A stretch of 64,000 bases of DNA from the human T2T-CHM13v2.0 reference genome, Homo sapiens. The notes beneath the pieces were generated by a model. The model made no database searches, was not told where the DNA came from, and saw only the letters and a list, made by a program, of their open reading frames with translations. The stretch is taken from NCBI RefSeq assembly GCF_009914755.1, contig NC_060930.1; one strand, 5' to 3'. The position numbers and the translations under genes were made by a program. Positions within the stretch are counted from its first letter, which is position 1. Each line of letters begins with the position of its first letter. This document shows, piece by piece, positions 38,491-58,404 of this stretch.

Positions 38491-39302
38491 TGTATTGCTA
38501 TTCTGTAGCAATACAGCTAAAGCAAGACAATGTTAATAAAAAAGTGAACACTTACAGGTGAAATAGTAGAAGAAGAAAAGCCATATGAGACAAAGACTAA
38601 TCATGCCTGGCAGATAATTTAAGGGGGAAAACCATTTCCTAAGTAGAAATGTATGCATGTTTATGTAAATGCTAGACCTACCTGGTAGCAGTAAATTTAT
38701 TTTGGATATGAAAGCATCAGGACATCATTTTCATTTTATTTAGCATTTAATCCCCTTCTCTTCTAACTTCAGCTCTTCTTACTCTATTCTCACTGAGAAA
38801 ACTTTTTATAACTTGGCTTCCCATGTAATTCACCTACAAGGAAAAGATATATATTTTAAGCCAACACAAATGATTAATATGTCCAAGAATATTTCTTACT
38901 ATAGTTATGAAATTGGCATCCTGAATTAAATAATTTAGGCTCATATTGCCAATGAGTTTCCTAAATCTGATACATGTTATGATACTGAGAAAATAGACTT
39001 TTTGGCAAAGTAGAAATTGAATTGGAATTACATAAGATAATAATTGCATTTTAAGAATGTCATGGGATAAATGTGCAGGCTTTCGTGACAATAGCTCTAG
39101 CTTAGCAACCAAAGGAAAAGCATTACGAAAGTATTTAGTGTGGGCCTGCATATTGTCTTTGTGGCAGTGAAGCACTCTTATTACTGTGCAGCCTCTCAGA
39201 GCAAGGAAAGGGGAAAAGTGAAGATAAAAATAGAGAGAGGTTCAAAAATTTACACTTGCCAAATTATGACCTGAACCTAGGGAGTCTTGTATATTTATAG
39301 GG

Positions 39303-39305
<3 letters not shown>

Positions 39306-39334
<29 letters not shown>

Positions 39335-39362
39335 CTGTCTGTCTGTCTGTCTGTCTCTCTGT
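39306..39362. repeat. Compound (GT)n(CTGT)n microsatellite
   Basis: Direct reading. Confidence 0.95.
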
Positions 39363-40545
39363 CTTATGAGAGAAAGGGTAGAAGTGTCTGCTTTCTATCA
39401 TCCTAAACCCTTATTATGACAATAGGAATGTTAGTATTTTGTCTGCAATAATTTGTGTGGGGGGATTGTGGTGATGCTGGTATTGCAACATTTAGAGCAC
39501 CTAATTTACTCTCTTCTTTACCTTGTTGCTCTTCTTATGGTGAGCGTGTGAAATTAGTTCAATTTGACCTAAGGCTGCTCCATATGTTGAGTCCCCATAT
39601 AGTGAACTGCAACATAACTTTGTACGTAAACCAACCAAAAGCAACCTTGAGTATAACAAATAGCTGATTTTTCAGCCAATCACAACCAGACAAGTTTCAG
39701 CCAGTTATAGGCAGCCAAGTCATCACATTATGCCCAAATAAGGCAGATGCCTTATCACACTATGCCCAAATAGGTAATTTCTGTACTTTGATTATTTTCG
39801 TCTGGCCTCTGAAACTCAATACTCATGCTGTTGGGGTGGAGCTCTCTACAACTCCAGTGGTTCAGGGTGCTGCCCAATTCATGAATTATTATTTCCTTAA
39901 ATAAATTCTACTATATTTAATTTGACTGAAGTTTTTCTTTTTAATGGTTTAGTATCAAAAGAGGGATTCAAAGAAGACCTCTGGTGACCCCAGGAGCACT
40001 GAGTGACCAAGCAAAGGTGATTCCCAGGATCGACTGTGCCTATTGTTCTCTTGGAGCAACTAGAGGTTGTCAGTGAGTTCCCTGTAAGATTTGAACTCTA
40101 CAAATTTGTGTTTTGAATTATTGAAGTTTATTTCAGCAATCATTTTAATGAACTGGGTCCAATATTGGATTGGACCTGATAACTAGCTGAAATGGATCCA
40201 GTTAGAAACCTCAGATAGGTAACTGAAAATAAGTTTCTTTAAATCTAAGTTTAGGATACCAGGAGCCTGTGACTTTATTTTCTAGGGTAACAGCTAATTT
40301 GAGATACAAAAATTTATGATCCCAGAACCTGTGTGGTTTTGTAAAAATGGATTAACACCTTACTAAGGGCAACTTGGGATTACAGTGTCCAGAGTGTGGA
40401 ACTTAAAAAAAATTATTCATTCGTAAGTCACATTAGAAAAGAAAGAATCTAAAATGTCAAAAAAGCAATGAGATACATTCTCTAATTGATGTTCAAAGAC
40501 ATCTAAAATATTTAAAAAATCAAAGATTGACCCTTAAGCATATAG

Positions 40546-40851
<306 letters not shown>

Positions 40852-42420
40852 AAGAATATATATTTTTGAAATCTTAAAAATATTTTCCACAAACAGTAGT
40901 CAAAAGCTTTAACCATCAAGGTAAGTAATCTTGCTTCATTGGCATGGCCAGAAAAAAAAAATTAGCTCTAGATATTCTTTAATGCATTAGTGAGCTTTGT
41001 GTCATTATGCCTGTCACATGGCTAAAATATTTAAATAAAATCTATAAGATCTGTTTGAGTTTGTATGTTTACATATGTCTGTATTATGTTATGTGTATGT
41101 GATATTTCCCTATACTACTCATGGTATTGCCAAAATTAAATTGTAAAATTTTTTATTTAATAGGCTTAAAGAAAAAGAAACACTTATGTAAAATATTTTT
41201 TACACACTTAGAAAGATAGAAAGTAACCTATAATGTTTTTCAGGTTCATGTTATCTGGCATAAATTTCAGTAAATATAAGCTAGTAAAAGTGTGCTAGCT
41301 TGATTAAAACAGGAATGCCTTCAGAGTTGTTGGCATTAAATATAATACACATGTACAATTTTCTAGGTTTATTAGTAAAATAATTTTATATTACCTTTAC
41401 ATTTTAAAATTTGTCAGTAAGAAAAAATAACTCCAACTGATGGAAAGCTAGCTGTTTAATATTTCACCATCTCGAGGATTCCAAGTATAATTCTTAAAAA
41501 CAAGTGAACTAAATAGATGCATGTAAGATAAAATTCCTATTTGAAAGACGTCCTTCTTATACCAGAAGGTTTTAATATTCTTATTATGAAGAATGGAAAG
41601 TTCTGCATAATAAGTCTGAGTAAATAAAAATTTAATTCTCACTTCTTGCCAAAAAAACTACGAGGATAGAGATAAAATTTTTCCTCCTATACAGTTTCTT
41701 ATTACAGATAAATTAAAGATAGGTGGGACTATTAGTAAACATAGTTTGTGCCACACTGAAAAATTATATTATGAAAAAGCACATGCTCCTAGAAATTATA
41801 ATTCATAGATTTGAAAGTCTACTCTGTAGATGCTAGTGTGACATATAGTTTACAATTGCTTGCTTCCTAGTGTTTGCTAGAAATTAAGGTCATTAAAGAC
41901 TAAGAATTCTAATGAATATATGTAAATAATGTTGTTAGAAATGAAAAGGGAAACAACTTTATATGCAAGTATATGAGAAAAGCAAGATGTGCTTTTGGCA
42001 AGCAAAGCTATAAGGTATGGGAAAGTGTTTGGTTGTGTTAAGGAAAAAAAAGTAATTTTTATCGTGAAGTACAACTGGTTGTTCCAATGAAAAAGAAAAA
42101 GTATAAGACTAAACTGAATAGACATAAGCAAGTTGTAGAAAATTTGTAGAACATGAATTTTGGAAAATAAATTTTATATGTGAACAAGCTAAGATTAGAA
42201 GAGAACTATTCATAAGTCTTTTCTAAAATTGAGCACTAATATCAAAACTACACTAATATAAAAATAGAATTTGATTCTCTCTGTGAAAAAACACAATTTT
42301 ATTGGAATATTAGTCTGCTTTAAATATAAAATTGTAAAAGGTTATATTATTACTTTTTTAGGTAATTGGCCTAGAAAAATTCAATATTTATCAAGATGAT
42401 CTGCTATACTTCATGTTATC

Positions 42421-42795
42421 TTTTTTTCTTTTTCTTTTTCTTTTACTTTAAGTTCCGGGATATATGTGCAGAATGTGCAGGTTTGTTACATAGGTATACA
42501 TGTGCCATAGTGGTTTGCTGCACCTATCAACCCAACATCTAGGTTTTAAGCCCTGCATGCATGAGGTGTTTGTCCTGATGCTATCCCTCCCCTTGCCCCC
42601 TACGCCCCAGAAGACCCCGGTGTGCAAAGTTCCCCTACCTGTGTCCATGTGTTCTCATTGTTCAACTCCCACTTATGAATGAGAACATACAGTGTTTGGT
42701 TTTCTGTTCCTGTGTCAGTTTGCTGAGAATGATGGTTTCCAGCTTCATCCATGTCCCTGCAAAGGACATTAACTCATTCTTTTTTACGGCTGCAG
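42421..42795 (-). mobile_element. Short L1PA 3' end inserted in the ERV
   Basis: Reverse-complement L1PA 3' UTR. Exact TSD cttcatgttatc at 42409-42420 and 42796-42807. Confidence 0.93.
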
Positions 42796-43889
42796 CTTCA
42801 TGTTATCTTTTTCAGGCTTCTGATTACTTAAGAAAACTGAGCCTTGTCTATTAAAAGATCAAGATTTTTCTACAACCATGTAAATTTTCATATTTGCCTT
42901 TGAAGTCTTTAACTCTTACTCTTGTTAACTGAATGATTATTTTTCAAAGTAAACTGTGATTCTATTTTAATCAAGTCCTTTAAATCTTTTGACATTTTTG
43001 ACTTTCCAAAATCAAATACTCAATTAACATCTTTGACTTTGAACTAACTTTGGGAGGTTCCAGTGGGCCACTGGAATACCACAAAAGTTTCTTCTCTCTT
43101 TCAGAGAGTTGACAAAGTAGGCTTATTTAGCACGTTAAATTGCATGGAAAGCATTGTGAAATAATAATTGATACTGAACCTGTATTGAGTTATTGTATAG
43201 ATATGTTATTAATATGTGCTTCATAAATTGGATGAAATTAGAAATCTGAAAGTTTTGGTATAATGCTACCAGTGACAATCATAATTATTATCTTAGAATA
43301 TTGTATGTTACAGAAACAATTGAATTTCCTTGCCCATTGTGTTTTAGTAAACTCTCATCAGATCTTTAACCATGGAAATTTTAAATATTGTCATTCACAG
43401 AGAGCTAATTACTTTATTCTGGTACTTTCCTGAAAGTTTTTGCAAGTAACTATAAACCTAAAAGTGTTTCATCTCTGAGAAGATTCTATAAAAGTCTCTA
43501 ACAAGTGTACTTACTTGTTACCTTACTTACTGATAATTGGTCAAGGTAAGAATTTCCAGAACTTTAATGAAAAAATGAATTCGTTTATAAAACTGTCAAC
43601 ATCAAGCAAAACAAGAATTCATTAAATACCAAGAACATGCTTTGCCATGGTTTTATGCCAAGTAAGCTGGAATTGAAACTGTTAAGATATGCAAGTTAAA
43701 TAAACTCTGTAAGATTAACCCAAGTTAATTTACTTATGATAACCTAGTCAATAAACAGTGTTTTGCACCTGAATTGGAGAACAAACCTGTCATTTCAAAG
43801 AATGTAAATTCAATGTTAAGCATGGACTCATGGAGAATCTGGATGGCTGCCTGGTCCTTCCCAAGTTCTTTAATATCATTAAAATTTTT

Positions 43890-44195
43890 ACAGACTCTGA
43901 CTCATTATGGAAGAGATAAAATGACTCAAATTATTAAAAAAATTGGTAAAGTTACTGTTTAAAATGGATAAAATAATTTATAACCAATGTTTGGTTTGTC
44001 AAACTCATAATCCTAGTAAGACAATAAAAACCTCAAGTGGTATGTTTCTGGTGCATCGTGGATTATTTGGACACTTACAGATGTATTTCATTCTATTTCC
44101 ACTTTCAGTGCTGGTTTTCTGGTTATGTAGAAGCTTTCCCATACAGAAAGACTGATGCTATAACAGTAAATAAAAGGTCATTAGAAAATATGTTG
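43890..44195 (+). pseudogene. Frameshifted retroviral integrase remnant
   Basis: Across three ORF frames: THYGRDKM / CLVCQTHNP...GLFGHLQMYF / FSGYVEAFPYRK...ITV. This is the HHCC zinc finger plus the start of the catalytic core of a class I ERV integrase. Confidence 0.85.
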
Positions 44196-45144
44196 ATAGT
44201 TAACATTTCTTGCTGTAGTTGGATAATATGTTTGATGTGATCGAAACTCAATTGTAAGAAAGGAACAAACAAGATACTTGCTTAAAACAAATAGACTCCT
44301 CTTCTCACTCATTTTTTTGACATATTTTAATTGATTTGGTTCATGAGAGCTCCTATGAAGAAGTACACTTTAACCTCTTGGTATTATCTTCCTGATAGCC
44401 ATCACAATAGTCTCCCTGACAGGCCATATTCTCTCACAAGTCATAAGTGCTAATATGCAGCCATCTGTTGTGTGTCAAATGGTCTCACTGCATTTAAAAT
44501 AAGAAAAACATAAGGAGAACATAAAGAATCATTCAACTACCCCAATGTCATTAATTGTGAATTTCATACTGAGAACAAACAAGTCCATTCTGATGGTGAC
44601 AGAGAGTGATACCAATGCCCAAATTTTTGGTTATTCTCCTAAAATTGAGAGGCTGATCAAAAGGGAAGAATTGTCATTTAAACTTACCTGGAGCCTGCCT
44701 CTGTACCTTAAGTCCCTACATAGTGAACTGAAACCTACCTTAGTATATAAACAAATCAAAAGTAACATTAGGATTATAAAAAACAGTCAAGTTATAGCCA
44801 ATCACAATCAGCCAGGCTGCAGTCAATCACAGGCATCTAACTCATCACACCATGCCCAAATAAGGCAGATGCCTTATTTGTTGTAGCCAATCAGGTGATT
44901 TCTCTACTTTGCTTTGGTTTCAATCTATGCAAACTTGCTGCTCACACTGCTGCGTAGAGCTTTCTGCACCTCTACGTGTTCAGGGTGCTACCTGATTCAT
45001 GAATTCTTTTGTGCTCAAATGAACTCTGCTAAATTTAATTTCTCTATTATTCTTCTTTTAACAGTTTCAAATCCCTAAGCTAGATAACATAGAAGTAAGT
45101 TTGTAGAGTTTTTCCTTAGAAGGGATTTTAAAAATGGAATTGCA

Positions 45145-45545
45145 ATTCTGGAAAGGTGAAACTAGAGATACAGTGAAATGATCAGTGATTGCTAACGGTT
45201 TAGGGGAGACAGGGATAAAGGCTAAGCACAAGAGACTTTAGGGCTGTGAAAGCATTCTGTGTGACACTTTAATGGTGGATACGTGTCATTATACATTTGT
45301 CCAAATCCAAAGAATGCACAACACCAAAACTGCACTCTAATATAAACTATAAACTTTGGTTGAGAATGATGTGCCAGTATAGGTTCATCAATTGCAACAA
45401 ATATACCTCTCTGTCAGGAGATTGTGATAGTAGGGAGCGTATGCCTACATGGGGGAAAGGTGTATATGGGAACACTGTATTTTCCAATCAAGTTTGCTGT
45501 GAACATAAAACTGCTCTGAAAATAACATATATATTTAAAAAATGA
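45145..45545 (+). mobile_element. L1MC-type 3' end
   Basis: gatcagtgattgc...aatggtggatacgtgtcattatacatttgtccaaa...ataaaactgctct. Confidence 0.85.
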
Positions 45546-45687
45546 AATAGCAAATAAATATTCCTTGAAATAATTTACAGTTGCAATAGTGTTTTATTTC
45601 AGCTTTTTATTTTAAAAATGAGAAAACTATAAAGTCCAGAGAAGTTAAAAAAAATTCCAATTTACCATTATTAAATTATTAACAATA

Positions 45688-50539
<4,852 letters not shown>

Positions 50540-51669
50540 TAGAGCAAGAATTCTAAGATAATGTTGTCCCCTAATTAAATCCTGAAGCTAGAATAATAAG
50601 ATAAATTTCCTAAAGGAAGAAGTGTACCATGGACATGGCACTAGATAACTTTTTAGACATATAACAGGCAATTAAATTTGTATCCAGCTCTAGTAAAAAG
50701 GAATCTTTCTCTTCATTTTTCATGTAAGGGAACAGAAGCAAAAATGATACTCATTCACCTTTCCATACATAAGAAACTTCCCCTTTATGGGAAAAGAGAA
50801 AGTTTAACTTTTATGTAAAATATGCAGCTTTCTCATTGCATTACGTTACATAATTTCCTATAAATTCCTTTATTTTCATATTATTTGTTTGTGGGCAGAG
50901 AGAAATAGAATGTAGATTAAGTCAAAGGAGAAGTCCTTAACTGTTAGCAGTGCAATGGAAATATAAAGAATATATTTATATTCTTAAATATAAAGAATAA
51001 TTCTAGCTTCAGAGTTCCATCTCTGTACTGTATTTTCATTTTGTATTTTTCTGTTCTCTCAATTAAATGGATAGTTGCATAATAAATACATCTGAGAAAT
51101 GAAAGTACCATGAGAATGACTGAGGTCAGTGGCTTCAGGCAAATTTTACAATGGAAGGGATGCTTAAAATTAGGGACTTTTTAAATTTATTTTTATATCT
51201 TGCAAAGATTCAACACTTTGTTTTGGGTATCTTAAATTACAGGCATGAAGGAAGCTTTAATACAGTAATCATAGACTTCAAAATCTAAGGTTAAATAAAA
51301 TGTCTGTGATTCCCTCACTGCAAACTGGCACTGAGCTCCTTTACTCAGTGTTGGAGAATTTTTCATCAAAAAAGAAACATTCAAAATTGAAAATCTCTAA
51401 ACGAGTAAATCGTTTTTTTTTTTCCATAGGATGTAGTAATTTTAGCAAATTGAGGTGAAAAATGATGGAAATGTCATTCAATCTCATTTCATGATTTTAT
51501 GAACTAAACTTCTTAAACTATTTAGAAGCTGTCCAAGCACTTCTATGAGGGGACATATGTTCCTTATTGCTTTTTTTAAATTGCTAACTGTAGGCCCAAG
51601 GCCTTCACATTACTTGTCAGCTCTCTGGCTGCATGAGGCAACATGATGTAAGGAAAGCATATTTGAGTT

Positions 51670-51860
51670 TCAGCAATCATTCCCATACATCAGCATACAT
51701 CAGAATCACTTGAAGGATTTGTTAAAACACAGAGTGCTGTGTCCTACCTGCACAGTTTCAATTTATTCTATATATCTGGGGTGAGGCCTGAGACTATACA
51801 TTTTTAAGTTCTCAGGGGATGCTGATGTTGCTGGTCAATGGACAATAATTTGGAGACCGC
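51670..51860. mobile_element. MER5A MITE
   Basis: catcagaatcacttgaaggatttgttaaaacacaga...tctggggtgaggcctgaga...gatgctgatgttgctggtc. Confidence 0.85.
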
Positions 51861-52450
51861 TAAGTTAATGTGTTCCTGTCCTAACCAAGGCCCAGAAATT
51901 TTTTAACATTTGAAAATTTCATTACAATTTCTGAGACTAAGGTTCCTCAGTTGTAGAATAAGGCTACACAATGCTACCAGGGTTTGTTTCTAACATTCTC
52001 TAAATCTATTGTTTTAGGTATTTGAGCTAATGTATTTATTTTCATTACAAATAAAATAATGCCTAGGTGATACATTTGGTTACAATGCAAAATGTAGATA
52101 AATTCAATTTGTCTATTTAAAATTTAGAATTATTTTATGTGGTGAAGTTCTTTAAAGGACAAAAAGGATTGTGTAATTTTCCTCAATATGCCAAAACTTT
52201 GTTTTAGATAACTCAGATTCAAAAAAGAAAAATATTGAAGATATATTAACTTACAAAAGTGGAAATGGAAATGGAAAATGAATGAAGGTATTTTATGTTT
52301 AATTTGTAATCCATTATTTAACTTATTTTTTGAAAGAGTGAACAAGTTTTCCATTACAAAGCAAGTCATTGTACAAAGGGCATGTACTCTAGGTCAACAG
52401 ATATGTGTTGCAAAATAAGTCATGCCATTTCTTAACTATGAATAAGTAAT

Positions 52451-53788
52451 ATTAGGAGTCAAAAACTGTATGGAACAATGAAATTAAAAGATAAAAATAC
52501 AAAATATAAACTTTATTTATCAACAAAATCTCCATCAAGTGTAAGCCACTTTTGTAAGCACTGATACCAGCCATTTAGTCCATCCCTAAAGAACTAAGAA
52601 TTCTGGGAATTTAACCGTATCAATGCAGTCCTTTTTATATTGTTGAGTGAAGATAAATGAGTGCCTTTAAGGATTTTCTACGATTTGGAAACAAACCCCA
52701 AAAAAGGAGAAGGACGAAAATCAGTATTATAGGTGGATGCCTACTAATTCCTCATTAAAACTCTCTCTAAATTGCTCTTGCTTAATGAGAGGAATGAGCA
52801 GGAGCATTGTCATAGTGCAGAAGAAGTCTCTGGTGAAGTTTTCCCAGGCATTTTTCTTTGGCTATGTTTCTCAAAACACTGATATAATAAGCATGTTATT
52901 GTCATTGGCTCTCCAGAAAGTCAATAACCAAAATGCCTTGAGCACCCCAAAGAACTGTTGCCATGACCTTTGTTCCTGACCAGTTCACTTTTGCATTGAC
53001 TTGGCCATTTCCACCTTTTGGTAGCCATTGCTTTGATTGTACTGGTAAAACTGGTAAAAATAACCTCATGTTATAACTTGTTCAAAAAATGCACTGGAAT
53101 CTTGATCCTACTTGCTTAAAATTTCCATTGAAAATTCTGTTCTTGACTGCAGTTGCTCTGGATGCAACTTTTTTTTTTTTTTTTTTGAGACAGAGTCCCA
53201 CTCTGTCACCCAAGCTGGAGTGCAGAGGTGCAATTTTGACTCACTGCAACCTCTGCCTCCCAGGTTCAAGCAATTCTTGTGCCTCAGCCTTCCAAGTAGC
53301 TGAGATTAGATTTGCGAGCCACCACACACAGCTAATTTTTGTATTTTCAGTAGAGACAGGGTATCGCCATGTTGGCCGGGCTGGTCTCAAATTCCTGGCC
53401 TCAAGTGATGCACCCACTCAGCCTCCCAAAGTGCCGGGATGACAGGCATGAGCCACCTCTCCTAGCTGGATGCAACAGCTTTGACACAAATTGAGAGGAA
53501 AGTTCACTCAACAATAATTTTTTAGTCAGAATTGTGTACATTAAAACAATTGAGATGTTTATGGTGTTGACTGCTGTTTGTGCTATTAATCATTGGTCCT
53601 CTTCAATAAGGGCACAGACATAATACATTTTTTTCCTTGTAAATTAATGTGAATGGTCTCCCACTGAAGATTTCATCCTTAACTTTGTCTTATCCCTTCT
53701 TAAAACCATTGATTTATCCATTTGTAAACTGCTGATTTCTTTCAGGTATTATCCCCATAAACGTTCATAAGGCATTAATTATTTCACC
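52451..53788 (-). mobile_element. Hsmar2 mariner transposon, 5'-truncated, split by an Alu
   Basis: Reverse complement reads gtttatggggataat...aagaaatcagcagtttacaaatggata...attgaagaggacc...ttcaatggaaatttta, matching the Hsmar2 transposase. The 3' terminal region lies near 52451-52520. Confidence 0.88.
53169..53465 (-). mobile_element. Old Alu (AluJ/early AluS) inserted in Hsmar2
   Basis: Poly(T) plus Alu. Exact TSD ctggatgcaac at 53158-53168 and 53466-53476. Confidence 0.95.
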
Positions 53789-54047
53789 TAAAAGTGTACA
53801 AATAATTAAAAAGTAGTAAAACAGATCAATAGAAACAAATAACAGGAGGCACAAATAGCAAACCAGTTGCTAGAATAATAGATATTAAAAAAATGTCAAA
53901 AATCGCTTTAAATTTTCATGGTCTAAACTCCCAACTACATGCTACCTGTAAGAAATAAACACTAGATACCAAAATAAAAATTGATTACAAGCAAAAGGAT
54001 GGAAAAAGTCATACTATACTAACAGTAATCAAAAGAAAGTTAGAAAA

Positions 54048-54180
54048 GCCTGGACATAATGGCATGCTTCTGTAGTCCCAGCTACTTCGGAGGCGAAAGC
54101 AGGACAATAATTTGAGGCCAGGAGTTTGAGGCCAGCCTGGGCAATATAGTAAGACCCTGTCTCTAAAAAAAGAAAATAAA
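54048..54180 (+). mobile_element. FLAM (Alu monomer)
   Basis: Single monomer gcctggac...tgtagtcccagctac...gaggccaggagtttgaggccagcctgggcaa...A-tail. Confidence 0.85.
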
Positions 54181-54325
54181 TAGAGAAAAATAGTTTTAAA
54201 GTTAGAATGTCTACGTTAATGCGAGACAAAGTATATTTTCAAGCAAAGAATATCACTGGAAATAAAACATGTCATTTCATAATGACAAAGAAGTCAATTC
54301 ATTAAGAGGAAATAAAAATCCAAGA

Positions 54326-54608
<283 letters not shown>

Positions 54609-57600
54609 TTATGCATCTAATCACAGAGACTCAAAATACGTGAAGCAAATAATAATAGAACTAAAGAGAGAAATAAAAAATTTCAGTTATAATTAGTGGT
54701 TTCAATATAGCATTATCAATAATGAATGAAACACATAGCTGTTTTAACTTAAAAACTCTCAACAACTTAACCTAAGTTGAATTTTTAAATCGTTCCAACC
54801 AATAAAAGCAGAATACATTTGCAACAGAACAGAAAATATTTATCTAGATAAACCATATTTTGGACAATAAAATATGTCTTAACAAATTTGAAAAACTGTC
54901 AGTATGTTCTCTGATAATAATGGAATTCAGTAAATATCAATAAAAGAAATACTTAAAATGTGCATACCTGGGTGGAAAAATTCAAATACTTGAAAGCTAA
55001 ATGGTGCATTGATAAATAACTCATGAGTCAATAAAGATGAAAAGGAAATTAGAAAATATTTGAAAATGAATAAAAATGAAATACAGCATATAAAAATGTG
55101 TAATGCAGCTAAACAGTACTTAGAGAAAATTATATACCATTAAATGCCTTGATTAGAAAAAAAAGTCATAAATAAATGTCAGCTTCCATTTCAAGAAATT
55201 AGTGAAAGAAAAGCAAATAAAAACCAAATTTAGCAAAAGAAAGGAAATTATAAATAACATGGGTGAAATAAATAAAACAAAATCAAAAAAGAGAAAAATA
55301 AATAAAACAGAGTCATTAAGAAGATTAATAAATCCAATAAACCTCTATCCAGAATATGCAGGCACAAAAGAGAAAAATATTCCAAATTCTCTATATTAAA
55401 AATATGAGAACTTTCATCATTACAGATTCTACAAATAGTGAAAAAATGAGAAATATTATGAATATCTTTATAATAAATTTAAATATTTAAAAGAAATGGA
55501 CTTATTATTTGAAAACCTATAAACTACCAAAACTCACTCAAAAACAAAAAACAAAAAACAAAAAACAGTTAAACTCCAGCAACCCAAAGTCTATTAAATA
55601 AATTAAATTTGTACTTAAAACCTTCTCCTAAATAGAACTCCAGGTGGTGTCAATAAGAAGTTCTACCAAACATTTAATATGAAAATATTAATACATTATG
55701 ACCAAGTGGAGTTTTTCAGGAATACAGATTTGTCTACTATTTGAAAATCATTCAATATAATTTACCACATTAACTGAATAAAATATATTTATATATATAT
55801 AAAATAATCTTGATAGATACAGGAAAAAAAAAGTTTTGAAAAAATCTAAAGCTGTTCCTAACAAAGTCACTCAGGAAATATAAAATAGAAAACATTTCCT
55901 TAACCTGATAATTAGCATTTATAATAAAACAACAGTTAAACATCCTACTCAATGGCTAAAAAATTGAATGCATTCTTCCTAAGATGAGGAACCAGGTAAG
56001 GATGTCCACTTTCATCACTCCTATTCAACATGGTACTGAAGGATTTTACTCAGGGTAATAAACACAAAAAAATGCATAAAATATATCCAGATCGAAACAG
56101 AAAAAGTAATATTGTTTTCATTTGCACATTAAGTCATCAAATATGTAGGAAATCCTATGATATTTATGGGAAAGTTACTAGAACAAATAAGTGAATTTAG
56201 TTAGGTTGTAGGACACAGGATTAGTGTGCAAAAAAATTGTATTTCTACATGTTAGAACCAATCAGAAACATCTTTAAAAGAACAACATTACAGTAGCACT
56301 AAAATATAAAATAGGGATAAATATAATAAATGATGACTTGTACACTCAGAAGTACAGAACATTGCTGAGAGAAATTTTAAAAGACCTAAATAAATAGGAA
56401 GTTACACCAGGTTCATGGATTGAAAGTCTGATCTTCTTTAAGATATCAATTTTCTACAAATTGATCTATAGAATCAATGCAAATCCCAATAAAAATCCCT
56501 ACGAAATATTTGGAGAAATTGACCAGATGATTATTAAATTTATAGGGAAATATAGAGGACCAAGAATAGCTAAAGCAACTTTGAAAAAGAAAAAAGTTGA
56601 AAGATTTACACTATTTGCTTCAGGATTCATTATAAGCCTTTCATAATCAAGATAGTGTGTATTGACACAAACATAGAAAAATAGACCAATAAGTCTGTAT
56701 ATACATGCTCAATTTACTTTTGGCAAAGGTGCTAGGGCAATTCAAGGGAGAATGAATTCAACAAATGGTAGTGAAACCATTGGATATCCACATATATACT
56801 TTAGCTCTCACATGATGCACAAAAACTGATTCAAAACTTGTAATAGTTCTAAGTAAAACCTACAATTATATAAAATGTCTAGAAGAAAACATAGAAAAGG
56901 AATTCATAATCTTGGATTAGGCAGACATTTAAATACTAAAAGCAGAACTCATGAAAGAAAAATAAAAGAATATTTGTACCTCTTCAAAATGCAGTACTTT
57001 TGTTCTCTATCAATTATTATGAGAATGAAAAGTAGATCATAGATGAGGGAAAATATTTACAAATTATATTCTTTATAAAAGATTTATTTAGAATACATAA
57101 AATTTTACACACTTGATAATAAAAATAACAATCCAATATAATAATGTGCAAGAAATTTAAATAGGCACTTCACAAAAGATATGTGGTAGCAAATAAACAC
57201 ATAAAAATGCTCAATATAATTATTCATTTGGTGCTACCAAATTAAAACAACAATCATATACTACTACACACCTATATACTATTAAATTAGCTAAGCATAA
57301 TAATGTTTTCTGGGTTCAAATATCACGTCTAAGGATTCTGAGGTTCTTGCTATAGTTGTTCCATTTTAATAATGTTTAAATATTTACATTAAAAAGGATG
57401 GATATGGAAGAATTAAAGATTTTCAGGCTGCTGACAAAAAAACAGACCTACATTTTTTTATACCCACGATGATAAACTAGTGAATGTTTCCTTTATTTTC
57501 TCTCCTTACCTAAATTTGTATTTTCCAATTTATCCCCATGTAACTCAGTCCTTTCCCTTTTAACACTTTGTCAATATTTCCAACAAAGAACAGCATAGTC

Positions 57601-57627
57601 TCTTAATGAATACATAAGGATGAAGAG

Positions 57628-58404
57628 AGCTGTTGGTGGGAACGTAAATTAGCACAGGCATTATGGAAAACAGCATGGAAGTTTCTCAAAAAACAAAACG
57701 AGATCCACCATATATTTCAGCATTTTCATTACTTGGCATATATCCAAAGGAAATAAAATCAATATGTTGAAGTGATATCTGCACACCCATGTTTATTGCA
57801 ATGCTATTTAATATAGCCAAGATATAGAATCAACCTAGTGTCCATCATGGATGAATGAATAAAGAAAATGTGGCATATATACAAAAATGGAACAATATTA
57901 ATCCATAAAACAGAATAAAATTATTTCATTTGCAGCAACATGAATGAAATCGGGGGACATTATGTTAAATAAAACAAGCCAGACACAGAAAGGCAAGCAC
58001 CACATGACTTCACTCGTATGTGAAATCTAGAAAAGTTAATTTCATAGAAGTAGAGAGTAGAATAGTGGTTTACCAGAGACTGGGAAGGAGAGTAAGGAAG
58101 AGGGGAATCAAGAGAGGTTGGTCAATGACTACAAAGTTATACAGAAGGAATAAATTTTGGTGTTATATAACTCAGTAGGGCAACTATAGCAAATAGCAAT
58201 GTAGTGTTATATATCAAGATAGCTAGAAAATAATATTGTGAGTGTTGTCACAACAAAGAAATGATAAATGTTTAAAGTGATGGATATAGTAATTACCCCA
58301 ATTTGAACATTATTCTATGCACACATGCACTGAAAAATCACATTGTACACCATAATAAGGTACAATTATTATGTGTTGTGAATAAATAAAAGATAAATAA
58401 ATAA
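57628..58404 (+). mobile_element. L1MA-type 3' end
   Basis: ctgttggtgggaacgtaaattag...gcacacccatgtttattgca...gaagtagagagtagaatagtggtt...A-rich tail. Confidence 0.9.

Noticed and set aside
38490-38516. Perfect 11-bp hairpin ctgtattgcta-ttctg-tagcaatacag
   Set aside because: Too short for a pre-miRNA, and roughly expected by chance in 64 kb of AT-rich sequence.
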